From the NCBI GenBank assembly GCA_964539125.1, contig CAZIIB010000002.1:1-36271 (forward strand): a DNA stretch of 36,271 bases, given 5' to 3'. Position 1 is the stretch's first letter. Every line of letters starts with the position of its first letter. This document shows, one piece after another, positions 16,271-24,028 of this stretch. A program made the position numbers and the translations under genes. The DNA is from an uncultured Thermoanaerobaculia bacterium (GTDB lineage Bacteria; Acidobacteriota; Thermoanaerobaculia; Multivoradales; DATKCC01). The notes under the pieces were generated by a model that saw only the letters and a list, made by a program, of their open reading frames with translations, did not search any database and was not told the DNA's origin.

Positions 16271-19200
16271 CCCGCGAGCGGAACGGATCGGAGGTCGCGA
16301 TCATCGGCATGTCCTGCCGGTTTCCGGGGGCGCCGGGCGTCGACGCCTTCTGGGAGAACCTCCGCGGAGGGGTCGAGTCCATCACCTTCCTGCGCGACGA
16401 CGAGATCGAGGTCTCGAACCTCGAGCCCTCCGCCGTGGGCAGCCCGAGCTACGTCAAGGCGGCCTCGGTCCTCGAAGGGGTGGAGCTGTTCGACGCCGGC
16501 TTCTTCGGCGTCACTCCGAAGGAAGCCCTGGTGATGGATCCGCAGCACCGCCTGTTCCTCGAGTGCGCCTGGGAGGCGCTGGAGCACGCGGGCCACGAGC
16601 CCGACGCCTTCCCGGGCCCCGTCGGGGTCTTCGCCGGCGCACGCACCGACACCTACCTCCTGAACCTGTTCGCCGACCGCAGGCGCTTCGAGAGCCTGGG
16701 CGCCTTCCAGGTGGGTCTCGGCAACGACCTCGGCTTCCTCAGCACGCGGGTCTCCCACAAGCTCGACCTCAAGGGGCCGAGCTGCTCGGTCCACACCGCC
16801 TGCTCGACCGCTCTGGTGGCGGTCCACCTGGCGAGCCAGAGCCTGCTGACCGGCGAGTGCGACCTGGCTCTGGCCGGAGGCGTTGCGGTGAACGTGCCGC
16901 AGCGCACCGGCTACCTCTATCAGCCGGGGGGCATCGCCTCCCCCGACGGGCACTGCCGCACGTTCGACGCCAAGGCGGCGGGAACCATCTTCGGCAGCGG
17001 CGTAGGCGTCGTGGTGCTCCGGCGGCTGGTGGACGCCGAGGAGGACGGCGACCTCATCCACGCCGTGATCAAGGGCTCGTTCGTCAACAACGACGGCTCC
17101 TCCAAGGCCAGCTTCACGGCGCCGAGCGTTCGCGGGCAGGCCGAGGCCATCTCCGAGGCCCTCGCCGCCGGCGAGGTGGATCCGGCATCGGTCTCCTACG
17201 TGGAGGCCCACGGCACGGCGACGGAGCTCGGCGACGCCATCGAGATCCGCGCGCTGCGCAGAGCCTTCGGCCTCGACGGCCGAGAGGGCTACCGCTGCGC
17301 CATCGGCTCGGTCAAGACCAATTTCGGCCACCTCGACGCCGCGGCGGGCATCGCCGGGCTGATCAAGACCGCCCTGATGCTCGAGCACCGGGAGCTCGTT
17401 CCGAGCCTGCACTTCGTCACTCCCAACCCGCGGATCGAGTTCGACGGCGGCCCCTTCTACGTCAACACCGAGAACGCCGAGTGGCGCAACGGCGAGGGCC
17501 CGCGGCGGGCGGGAGTGAGCTCCTTCGGCGTCGGGGGCACCAACGTCCACGTGGTTCTCGAGGAAGCCCCGGAGCGGCCGCCGTCGGAGGGCTCGCGCCC
17601 GTGCGCGCTCCTGACGCTGTCGGCGAGGAGCAGCGAGGCCCTCGACAGGGCGACCGCCGACCTCCACGCCTTTCTGGAGGCGAATCCGGGGGCACTTCTC
17701 GCCGACGTCGCGTACACGTTGGCGGTAGGCCGCAAGGGCTTCACCCACCGGCGGACCCTGGCCTCCAGGGACCTGGCGGCGGCGGCCGAGGCCCTGGAGG
17801 CCTCCGATCGCCGGCGGGTCTTCACCGACCAGTGGGAAGGTGGCGAGCCCTCCGTCTGCTTCCTGTTCCCGGGACAGGGCGCCCAGTACGTGGGCATGGC
17901 CGGCGAGCTGTACCGGCACGAGGAGAGCTTCCGGGAGGACCTGGAGCTGTGCTGCGAGATCCTCCGGCCGCATCTCGACCTCGACCTGCGGGCGGTCCTC
18001 TACCCGGACCCGTCGGACGCCGAGGCGGCCGGCGAGCGGCTGGCCCGGACCGCCGTCGCCCAGGCAGCCCTGTTCGTCGTGGAGTACGCGCTGGCGCGGC
18101 TCTGGATGCGCTGGGGCGTTCGGCCGAGCGCCTTTCTCGGCCACAGCGTCGGCGAGTTCGTGGCGGCCTGCCTGGCCGGCGTCTTCTCCCTGGAGGAGGG
18201 GCTCACCCTGGTGGCGGAGCGCGGCCGCATGATGGACCGGCTGCCGGAGGGCGCCATGCTGGCGGTACCCCTGGGCGAGGCGGACCTCGCGCCGTTGCTC
18301 GTACCGGATCTCGAACTGGCGGCGGTCAACGGCCCGACGATGTGCGTGGCTTCGGGCACGGTCGAGGCCGTGGCGCGGCTGGAGGAGGCGCTGGCGAGCC
18401 GGCGCCTGCCCAGCCGCCGACTGGCGACCTCCCACGCCTTCCACTCGGCGCTGGTGGAGCCGGTGGTCGAGACGTTCACGGCGCGGGTGGCGGAGATCGG
18501 CCTCCAGGCGCCGGAGATGCGCTACGTCTCCAGTGTCACCGGTACCTGGGCCACCGCCGGCCAGGCCACCGACCCGGCGTACTGGGGGCGCCAGCTCCGG
18601 CACACGGTGCGCTTCTCCCAGGGCGTCGGGACGCTCCTCCAGGACGGCGTCCAGGTTCTGTTGGAGGTGGGGCCCGGCCGGGCCCTCGGACAGCTCGCGA
18701 AGCGGGACCCGGCGCTCGCCTCTGGGCACACCATTCTGGCCTCCCTCGGCGACGAGCGGGACGCGGGCCGGGAGACCGAGCCGCTGCTGCGGGCGCTGGG
18801 CCGCCTCTGGAACGTGGGGGTGGCGGTCGACTGGCACGCCTTCTACGCCGGGGAGCGGCGCCAGCGGCTGCCCTTGCCGACCTACCCCTTCGAGCGTCGG
18901 CGCTTCTGGGTCGAGGCGCGCGAGCCCGATCCGTCCGAGGTCGGGGCCGCCACGGGCAAGCGGAGAAACCTCGCGGAGTGGTTCCACCTCCCGTCGTGGC
19001 GGCGGACGATGGCGCCCCGTGCGCCCGGCGCCGAAGAGCTCTCCGAGGAGCCGCGTTGCTGGTGGCTGCTCCTGGACGACGAGGGCGTCGGCGAGGCCCT
19101 GGCCGCCCGCCTCCGCGAAGGGGGGCAGGAGGTGGTCGCCGTCTCCATGGGGGAGGGTTTCGAGCCGCTCGGCGAGGGCGCCTTCCGGGTGTCCCCCGAC

Positions 19201-21753
19201 CGGAGCGAGGATCTCGAGCTGCTGGTGGAGTCCCTGCGCCCGGCGCAGCAGTCCCCGGCGGTGGTCGTCCATCTCTGGAGCCTCACCCCCGCCGGCGAGG
19301 CGCGGGAGGGCGAGGCGCGCCTCGACGAAGAGCTCCGCCGGGGCCTCCATAGCCTCTTTCCCCTGGCTCGTGCCCTGCGGCGCCTGCCGCCGGGCGCGGC
19401 AACCGACCTCTGGGTGGTTTCGGACGGCTTGCAGGCGGTGGAGAGCCGGGACCGGACCATCCCCGAGAAGGCGACCCTCCTGGGCGCGGCGAAGGTGATG
19501 CCCCAGGAGATCGAGAGCCTGACCTGCAGGGTTCTCGACACGGACGCGGGCGCGGCGGACGGCGCAGGGGCCGGCCGCCTGGCGGAGCGGATCCTCGCCG
19601 AGGTCTGGGGAGCGAGCCCCGACGCGGAGATCGCCCTCCGCGGACCGCAGCGATGGGTGCGTGCCTTCGAGCCGGCGCGCCTGGAAGGGGACGCCCCGCC
19701 GCGCAGAGCGCTGCGCACGGGCGGTGTCTACCTGATCACCGGCGGTCTCGGCGGCGTTGGGATCCGTCTCGCAAGGTACCTGGCGGAGACGTTCCAGGCG
19801 AAGCTGGTCCTCACCGGCCGCTCGGAGCTTCCCCCGGCGGAGCGCTGGGACGCCTGGTTGGAGGCCCACGACCCGGACGACGAGCTCGCCGTGAAGATCC
19901 GGCGGGTCCGGGAGCTCGAGGAGGCGGGCGCGGAGATCCTGGTGCTGGCCGCCGACGCGGCGGACGAGGACCAGATGCGGGCCGTGCTGCGCGAGGCGGA
20001 GGCCCGCTTCGGGCGGCTCGATGGCGTGCTGCACGCCGCGGGGACCACGGGCGGCGATTCCCTCTACCGGCCCATGGCCGAGATGGGGCGCGAGGAGGCC
20101 GGCGAGCAGTTCCGCTCCAAGGTCCACGGCGTGTACGTGCTCGAGCGCATCCTGGAGGGCCGGGCGCCCGACTTCTGCCTCCTGTTCTCGTCGATGGCCG
20201 CGGTCCTGGGCGGCATCGGGTACGCCGCCTACAGCGCCGCCAACGGCTTCATGGACGCCTTCGCCCTCGGCCGGCGGGACCGGGAGGGCCCGGCGTGGCT
20301 CAGCGCCGACTGGGATCCCTGGCCCGAGGAGACCAAGAAGCTCGCCGGGGTCCGGACCAGCGTCGATCGCTACGCCATGAGCGAGGACGAGGCCGCCGAG
20401 GCGTTTCGGCGGGTGGTGTGTCTCGCCGAGCCGGGCCAGGTCGTGGTGGCGACGGGCGACCTGCCGACGCGTTGGGACCTGTGGATCCGCCGCCAGTTCG
20501 CAGCGGAGGAGGAGGGCGACCTCGCGGCGGGCGAGGATCGCTCCAGCCAGGCGCGGCCGGAGATGAAGACCGCCTTCGTCGCGCCGCGCGACGAGCTCGA
20601 GCGGAGCATCGCGGTCATCTGGCAGGGCGTGCTCGGGATCCGCGAGGTCGGTGTCGAGGACAACTTCTTCGACCTCGGAGGGCACTCGCTGCTCATGATC
20701 ACGGTTCAGGGCAAGCTGCGGGAGCTCATCCAGGTCGACCTGCCCATGGTCGACCTGTTCAAGTACCCGACGATCGCCGCCCTGGCGGAGGCGCTGCGGC
20801 GGGACCGGGGCGACGTCCTCCTGTTCCAGCAGATCGACGACCGGGCGCGGCGCCAGGCCGAGGCGATCAACCGCCAGCGGCCGGGGCGGACCGGGGGCAG
20901 CGCCGAGCCGGGGGCCAGCGCCCCGGAGGCCGCGGACGCCGAGGGCGGCCGGGAGGCGATCCTCGAGGCGCTGGGCGAGATCGTCGGTGGCGGACCGTCG
21001 GGCGACGGGTGGGGGCTCGGTGACGACCGTGAGGGACATCTCGCCGACGAGGACCTGGCGGCGTTCGCCGGCGAGCTGGTGAGCTCCTTGGAGCCCGTCG
21101 CGGAGAGCGTCCTCTACTACCCGCATCCCTTCAACCGGGGCGGGTTCGTCGTCGTCCTCCCGGACGAAGGGGTGGACCTCCTGGAGCGCCTGGTGTCCGC
21201 CTACGCCGGGGCGCCCCCCGACGTCATGGTCACGGTCCTGCGCCGGTCCGAGCTGGCCGAGCTTTCGTACCCCGGCATGTTCGTCCCCACCGACGTCAAC
21301 CCGAGGGTCCACCTGGCGCTCTGGCTCAAGCACAAGGGGAGCGTTTTGTTCGGCGCCGACCTCCGGGAGGAGATCCCCGAGCCCGAAACGGATCCCGGCC
21401 TGCTCCTGGAGGCTCACCTGGCCGGCTGCGCCCTCTCCCTGCGCTCCGCCGTCCTCGAACGGCTGTTGGAAGGCAAGTACCTGGCCCTGGTACGCGAGCT
21501 GGACCGCCAGGCGAGATACCTGATGGCGACGGCGCTGCGGGCGCGCGACGAGTGGGACGTCGACCTGGAGACCCTGCCGGAGCGCTTCGCTCGGGTGTTC
21601 GCCGACGCGGCGCTCCGCGACGCCTTCGCCGGCGTCGCCGCCGTCCGGGAGCGGATGGAGAGCTCGCCGGACGCCGAGTCCCGTGACCTCGCCCTCGAAG
21701 CGGTCTGGTCGGTGGATCGCTTCGTGCGGCGGTTGAGGAGCCAGGCCCGATGA
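16267..21753 (+). CDS. Type I PKS module with an extra C-terminal domain: KS-AT-KR-T-X (X = nucleotidyltransferase-fold-like)
   Basis: 1828 aa. ATG 16267 forms an ATGA overlap with the upstream stop. KS: HTACSTALVAVH, EAHGTATELGDAIE, KTNFGHLDAAAG. AT: GHSVGEFVAA and SHAFHS (malonyl-type). KR: GVYLITGGLGGVG..HAAG..GYAAYSAAN. T domain: FFDLGGHSLLMITV. A ~320-aa tail follows that is not a TE, R or C domain. Confidence 0.95.
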   Translation: MTRERNGSEVAIIGMSCRFPGAPGVDAFWENLRGGVESITFLRDDEIEVSNLEPSAVGSPSYVKAASVLEGVELFDAGFFGVTPKEALVMDPQHRLFLECAWEALEHAGHEPDAFPGPVGVFAGARTDTYLLNLFADRRRFESLGAFQVGLGNDLGFLSTRVSHKLDLKGPSCSVHTACSTALVAVHLASQSLLTGECDLALAGGVAVNVPQRTGYLYQPGGIASPDGHCRTFDAKAAGTIFGSGVGVVVLRRLVDAEEDGDLIHAVIKGSFVNNDGSSKASFTAPSVRGQAEAISEALAAGEVDPASVSYVEAHGTATELGDAIEIRALRRAFGLDGREGYRCAIGSVKTNFGHLDAAAGIAGLIKTALMLEHRELVPSLHFVTPNPRIEFDGGPFYVNTENAEWRNGEGPRRAGVSSFGVGGTNVHVVLEEAPERPPSEGSRPCALLTLSARSSEALDRATADLHAFLEANPGALLADVAYTLAVGRKGFTHRRTLASRDLAAAAEALEASDRRRVFTDQWEGGEPSVCFLFPGQGAQYVGMAGELYRHEESFREDLELCCEILRPHLDLDLRAVLYPDPSDAEAAGERLARTAVAQAALFVVEYALARLWMRWGVRPSAFLGHSVGEFVAACLAGVFSLEEGLTLVAERGRMMDRLPEGAMLAVPLGEADLAPLLVPDLELAAVNGPTMCVASGTVEAVARLEEALASRRLPSRRLATSHAFHSALVEPVVETFTARVAEIGLQAPEMRYVSSVTGTWATAGQATDPAYWGRQLRHTVRFSQGVGTLLQDGVQVLLEVGPGRALGQLAKRDPALASGHTILASLGDERDAGRETEPLLRALGRLWNVGVAVDWHAFYAGERRQRLPLPTYPFERRRFWVEAREPDPSEVGAATGKRRNLAEWFHLPSWRRTMAPRAPGAEELSEEPRCWWLLLDDEGVGEALAARLREGGQEVVAVSMGEGFEPLGEGAFRVSPDRSEDLELLVESLRPAQQSPAVVVHLWSLTPAGEAREGEARLDEELRRGLHSLFPLARALRRLPPGAATDLWVVSDGLQAVESRDRTIPEKATLLGAAKVMPQEIESLTCRVLDTDAGAADGAGAGRLAERILAEVWGASPDAEIALRGPQRWVRAFEPARLEGDAPPRRALRTGGVYLITGGLGGVGIRLARYLAETFQAKLVLTGRSELPPAERWDAWLEAHDPDDELAVKIRRVRELEEAGAEILVLAADAADEDQMRAVLREAEARFGRLDGVLHAAGTTGGDSLYRPMAEMGREEAGEQFRSKVHGVYVLERILEGRAPDFCLLFSSMAAVLGGIGYAAYSAANGFMDAFALGRRDREGPAWLSADWDPWPEETKKLAGVRTSVDRYAMSEDEAAEAFRRVVCLAEPGQVVVATGDLPTRWDLWIRRQFAAEEEGDLAAGEDRSSQARPEMKTAFVAPRDELERSIAVIWQGVLGIREVGVEDNFFDLGGHSLLMITVQGKLRELIQVDLPMVDLFKYPTIAALAEALRRDRGDVLLFQQIDDRARRQAEAINRQRPGRTGGSAEPGASAPEAADAEGGREAILEALGEIVGGGPSGDGWGLGDDREGHLADEDLAAFAGELVSSLEPVAESVLYYPHPFNRGGFVVVLPDEGVDLLERLVSAYAGAPPDVMVTVLRRSELAELSYPGMFVPTDVNPRVHLALWLKHKGSVLFGADLREEIPEPETDPGLLLEAHLAGCALSLRSAVLERLLEGKYLALVRELDRQARYLMATALRARDEWDVDLETLPERFARVFADAALRDAFAGVAAVRERMESSPDAESRDLALEAVWSVDRFVRRLRSQAR
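16288..17568 (+). other. KS domain
   Basis: aa ~8-434, triad intact. Confidence 0.9.
17851..18831 (+). other. AT domain, malonyl-CoA-type motifs
   Basis: aa ~529-855, with FPGQGAQY, GHSVGE and HAFH. Confidence 0.85.
18973..20481 (+). other. KR domain
   Basis: aa ~903-1405. WFHLPSW..VVVHLWSL structural part, then GGLGGVGIRLARYLA, then SSMAAVLGGIGYAAYSAAN. Confidence 0.85.
20572..20796 (+). other. Carrier (T) domain, PCP-like
   Basis: aa ~1436-1510: FVAPRDELERSIAVIWQGVLGIREVGVEDNFFDLGGHSLL. Confidence 0.85.
21034..21750 (+). other. C-terminal domain X: degenerate AadA/ANT-like nucleotidyltransferase-fold domain, paralogous to the next gene
   Basis: aa ~1590-1828. By-eye alignment with the downstream 300-aa protein: LRRSELAELSYPGMF..GSVLFGADLREEI against LSRDELSALHLSPFY..RTAFGEDLLSEI, and LLLEAHLAGCALSLRSAV against TYFFEARHAAHFHLARFL. 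The G-S...D-x-D catalytic motif is absent; the equivalent stretch reads LYYPHPFNRGGFVVVLPDE. Confidence 0.5.
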
Positions 21754-22652
21754 CGGTCACGATCGCGGACTACGACGTCGCCCTGGAGCGCTTCCTGGAA
21801 ACCCTGGGCCGGATCGGGGCCGGCCTCCAGAGCGTCGTCCTCCACGGCTCCATGGCGTGCGGCACGGTCAAGCCGGGCTGGAGCGACGTGATGGACGCCC
21901 ACGTGGTCCTGGGCGACGAGGTGTTCGAGGATCGGGAGACCTACCTCGCCGCCCTGGCGGTGATGCTGGACGCCTGCCAGGAGCTGGAGGCCTCCGGCCT
22001 CCCCTTCCACCCCTTCGGCTACCTGAGCCGGGACGAGCTCTCCGCCCTCCACCTCTCGCCGTTCTACACCTTCCCCTTCGAGCCGTACTCGCGGACGGCG
22101 TTCGGCGAGGACCTGCTCTCGGAGATCCGCCAGGGGCCGGCGAGCCGCGAGCTCGCCCGTACCTACTTCTTCGAGGCGCGTCATGCGGCCCACTTCCATC
22201 TCGCCAGGTTCCTGGGGAAGCCGGAGCTCACCGACGCCGAGCGCGCGCAGCTCATCACCGTCCTGCTCTCGATCAACAAGTCCCTGGTCATGGCCTGTGC
22301 GGCGCTGGGCGTCGACCTCGTCGACATCCGGAAGCTCGACATCGTGGCGCAGCTCGAGACTCTGGTCCCCGGGCTCGACGCCTCGGTCATCGGCCGGATC
22401 GAGGACCTGCGGGGCGCCCTGGAGGTGGCCCCGGAGACCGCGCGACCCGCCCGGAAGGCGCGGGGGAGCCTGAGCGAGGAGGGAGCGAGGCGCAGCGAAG
22501 AGGCCCGGGAGGTCGCCTGGCAGGCCCTGCGCTTCGTCGAGGCGCTCCACGACGAGATCGTCCGCCGCCGACGCGACGAGGCGACGGTCTGCTCCGAGGC
22601 CGTGCCCGCGGCTCCCACCCACGGCGGACAGATGCGCGAGGGGAAGGGCTGA
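21750..22652 (+). CDS. Nucleotidyltransferase-fold protein, AadA / ANT(3'')-like (atypical metal-binding motif)
   Basis: 300 aa. ATG 21750 forms an ATGA overlap with the PKS stop, with GAGGAG 9 nt upstream. The N terminus VVLHGSMACGTVKPGWSDVMDAHVVL (nt 21846-21896) resembles the aminoglycoside adenylyltransferase motif LYGSxxxGGLKPxSDIDLLV, but the two Asp are spaced D-x-x-D rather than D-x-D. The downstream helical half (FGEDLLSEI..ARHAAHFHLARFL) resembles the AadA C-terminal domain. GC3 codon bias supports this frame. Confidence 0.6.
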   Translation: MTVTIADYDVALERFLETLGRIGAGLQSVVLHGSMACGTVKPGWSDVMDAHVVLGDEVFEDRETYLAALAVMLDACQELEASGLPFHPFGYLSRDELSALHLSPFYTFPFEPYSRTAFGEDLLSEIRQGPASRELARTYFFEARHAAHFHLARFLGKPELTDAERAQLITVLLSINKSLVMACAALGVDLVDIRKLDIVAQLETLVPGLDASVIGRIEDLRGALEVAPETARPARKARGSLSEEGARRSEEAREVAWQALRFVEALHDEIVRRRRDEATVCSEAVPAAPTHGGQMREGKG

Positions 22653-22656
22653 GACG

Positions 22657-23955
22657 ATGCGCGCCTCGCCACAGGGCGGCGGCCGGGAGACGGGGGCCGG
22701 GAGGCGCTCACCGGAGCGGCCTCTTCACGTGATGGCCCTGTCCCTCGAGTACACGCCCAAGCTCAGCGGCGGCATGGGCACCCAGGTCTACGAGCTCTCG
22801 CGGGGCCTCGCCGGCGCCGGCCACCGGGTCTCCGTGCTGGCCTACACGTCGGGAGAGCCGCAGGAGCTGCGACGGCCCAACGAGACCGTGCACCTGATCT
22901 CTCCCTCCGTCGGCGCCGGCTCGACCCGCGCGCGCCCGTCCATGGCCGAGGGGATCCTGGAGTTCAACGAGGCGCTGATCGCTCGCGCCGCTCCCCTCAT
23001 CGACGAGGCGCGGCAGCGCCCCGACGTCCTCCACTTCCACAACTGGGCGACCTATCCCGCGGCGAAGGCCTTGGGAGAGCGCTTCGGCATCCCCGGCTTC
23101 GGCACCGTCCACTTCATCTCGGAGCCCATCGAGCGATGGTGGGGCCAGACCCCCGACCCCGAGATCGTGGAGCAGGAGCGTCGGATGTTCGCCGAGGCGA
23201 AGGCCCTGGTGGCGGTGAGCCACTCCCTGCGCTCGGTCGTGCGCTCGGCGTACGCCCTGAACGGCGCCTCCTTCGGCGTCGTGCACAACGGCCTGGATCC
23301 GACGCCGTTCGCCTCCCTCGCCGGTCGCGGGGCCGATCGGGAGCGGCTGCGCCGGGCGGTCGCGGCGGCCGACGAGAAGCTCGTCCTCTTCGCCGGGCGC
23401 CTCAACCTGCAGAAGGGTGTTCCGGCGCTCCTGGCGTCGGCGGCCCGGGTGCTCGAAGAGTACCCGAGGGCCCGCTACCTGATGGTGGGGGAGCCCGACT
23501 CCCGCGACTTCGGCGCCACCCTCGAGCGGACCCTGGACGAGCTTCCCGTCCTGCGGCGGCGCGTGACGTGGATGGGCAAGCTGCCGCGCCGGCAGCTCGC
23601 CGCCCTCTACCAGGTCGCCGACCTGGCAGTGGTCCCCTCGATCTACGAGCCGTTCGGGTACGCGGCGATCGAGGCGATGGCGGCGGCGGTGCCCCTCGTG
23701 GCGAGCCGCGTGGGCGGGCTGGCGGAGATCGTGGAGGACGGTGTCAGCGGGCTGCTGGTGCCCGTCGAGGAACCGCCCTCCGCGGCGCACACCGTGGACG
23801 TCGATGCCCTCGCCGCGGCGCAGCTCGAGCTGCTTCGCGACGCGGGACGGGCCCAGGAGGTGGGCCGGGCGGCACGGCGGCGGGCAATCCAGGACTTTTC
23901 TGTCGAGCGCATGGTCGCCTCGACGACGGAGGCCTATCTCGATGCAGTCGCATGA
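22657..23955 (+). CDS. GT-B glycosyltransferase, family GT4-like (Glycos_transf_1 type)
   Basis: 432 aa. N-terminal MALSLEYTPKLSGGMGTQVYELSRGLAGAGHRV. C-terminal nucleotide-sugar-binding region LLFAGRLNLQKGV..VVPSIYEPFGYAAIEAMAAAVPLVASRVGGLAEIVEDGVSGLLV (E-x7-E motif). ATG 22657 lies 4 nt after the upstream stop and has a GGGGAAGGG Shine-Dalgarno sequence. ATG 22732 (M26) is an alternative start that would remove a low-complexity 25-aa extension. Confidence 0.85.
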   Translation: MRASPQGGGRETGAGRRSPERPLHVMALSLEYTPKLSGGMGTQVYELSRGLAGAGHRVSVLAYTSGEPQELRRPNETVHLISPSVGAGSTRARPSMAEGILEFNEALIARAAPLIDEARQRPDVLHFHNWATYPAAKALGERFGIPGFGTVHFISEPIERWWGQTPDPEIVEQERRMFAEAKALVAVSHSLRSVVRSAYALNGASFGVVHNGLDPTPFASLAGRGADRERLRRAVAAADEKLVLFAGRLNLQKGVPALLASAARVLEEYPRARYLMVGEPDSRDFGATLERTLDELPVLRRRVTWMGKLPRRQLAALYQVADLAVVPSIYEPFGYAAIEAMAAAVPLVASRVGGLAEIVEDGVSGLLVPVEEPPSAAHTVDVDALAAAQLELLRDAGRAQEVGRAARRRAIQDFSVERMVASTTEAYLDAVA

Positions 23956-24028
23956 GGAGATCGAGGCGCGGCAGGCACCGATCGGCTTTCGAACTGACCA
24001 CGAGCCAGGCAATGACGGAAGGTGAGCA

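Noticed and set aside
20797-21033. Region after the third PKS T domain, checked for a thioesterase or reductase
   Set aside because: It is an Ala/Gly/Pro/Glu-rich linker (RQAEAINRQRPGRTGGSAEPGASAPEAADAEGG..) with no GxSxG nucleophile elbow and no Rossmann motif.
15775-21417. 1880-aa ORF on the minus strand, antisense to the third PKS gene
   Set aside because: The translation is low-complexity Arg/Gly/Pro/Leu/Asp-rich with no recognisable motifs. Long antisense open frames are expected in very GC-rich coding DNA. The + strand frame carries complete KS/AT/KR/T motifs and GC3 bias.
21414-22622. 402-aa minus-strand ORF covering the NTase-like gene
   Set aside because: It has no motifs and an antisense-type composition. 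The + strand frame has strong GC3 bias, a Shine-Dalgarno sequence, an ATGA-coupled start and an AadA-like motif.
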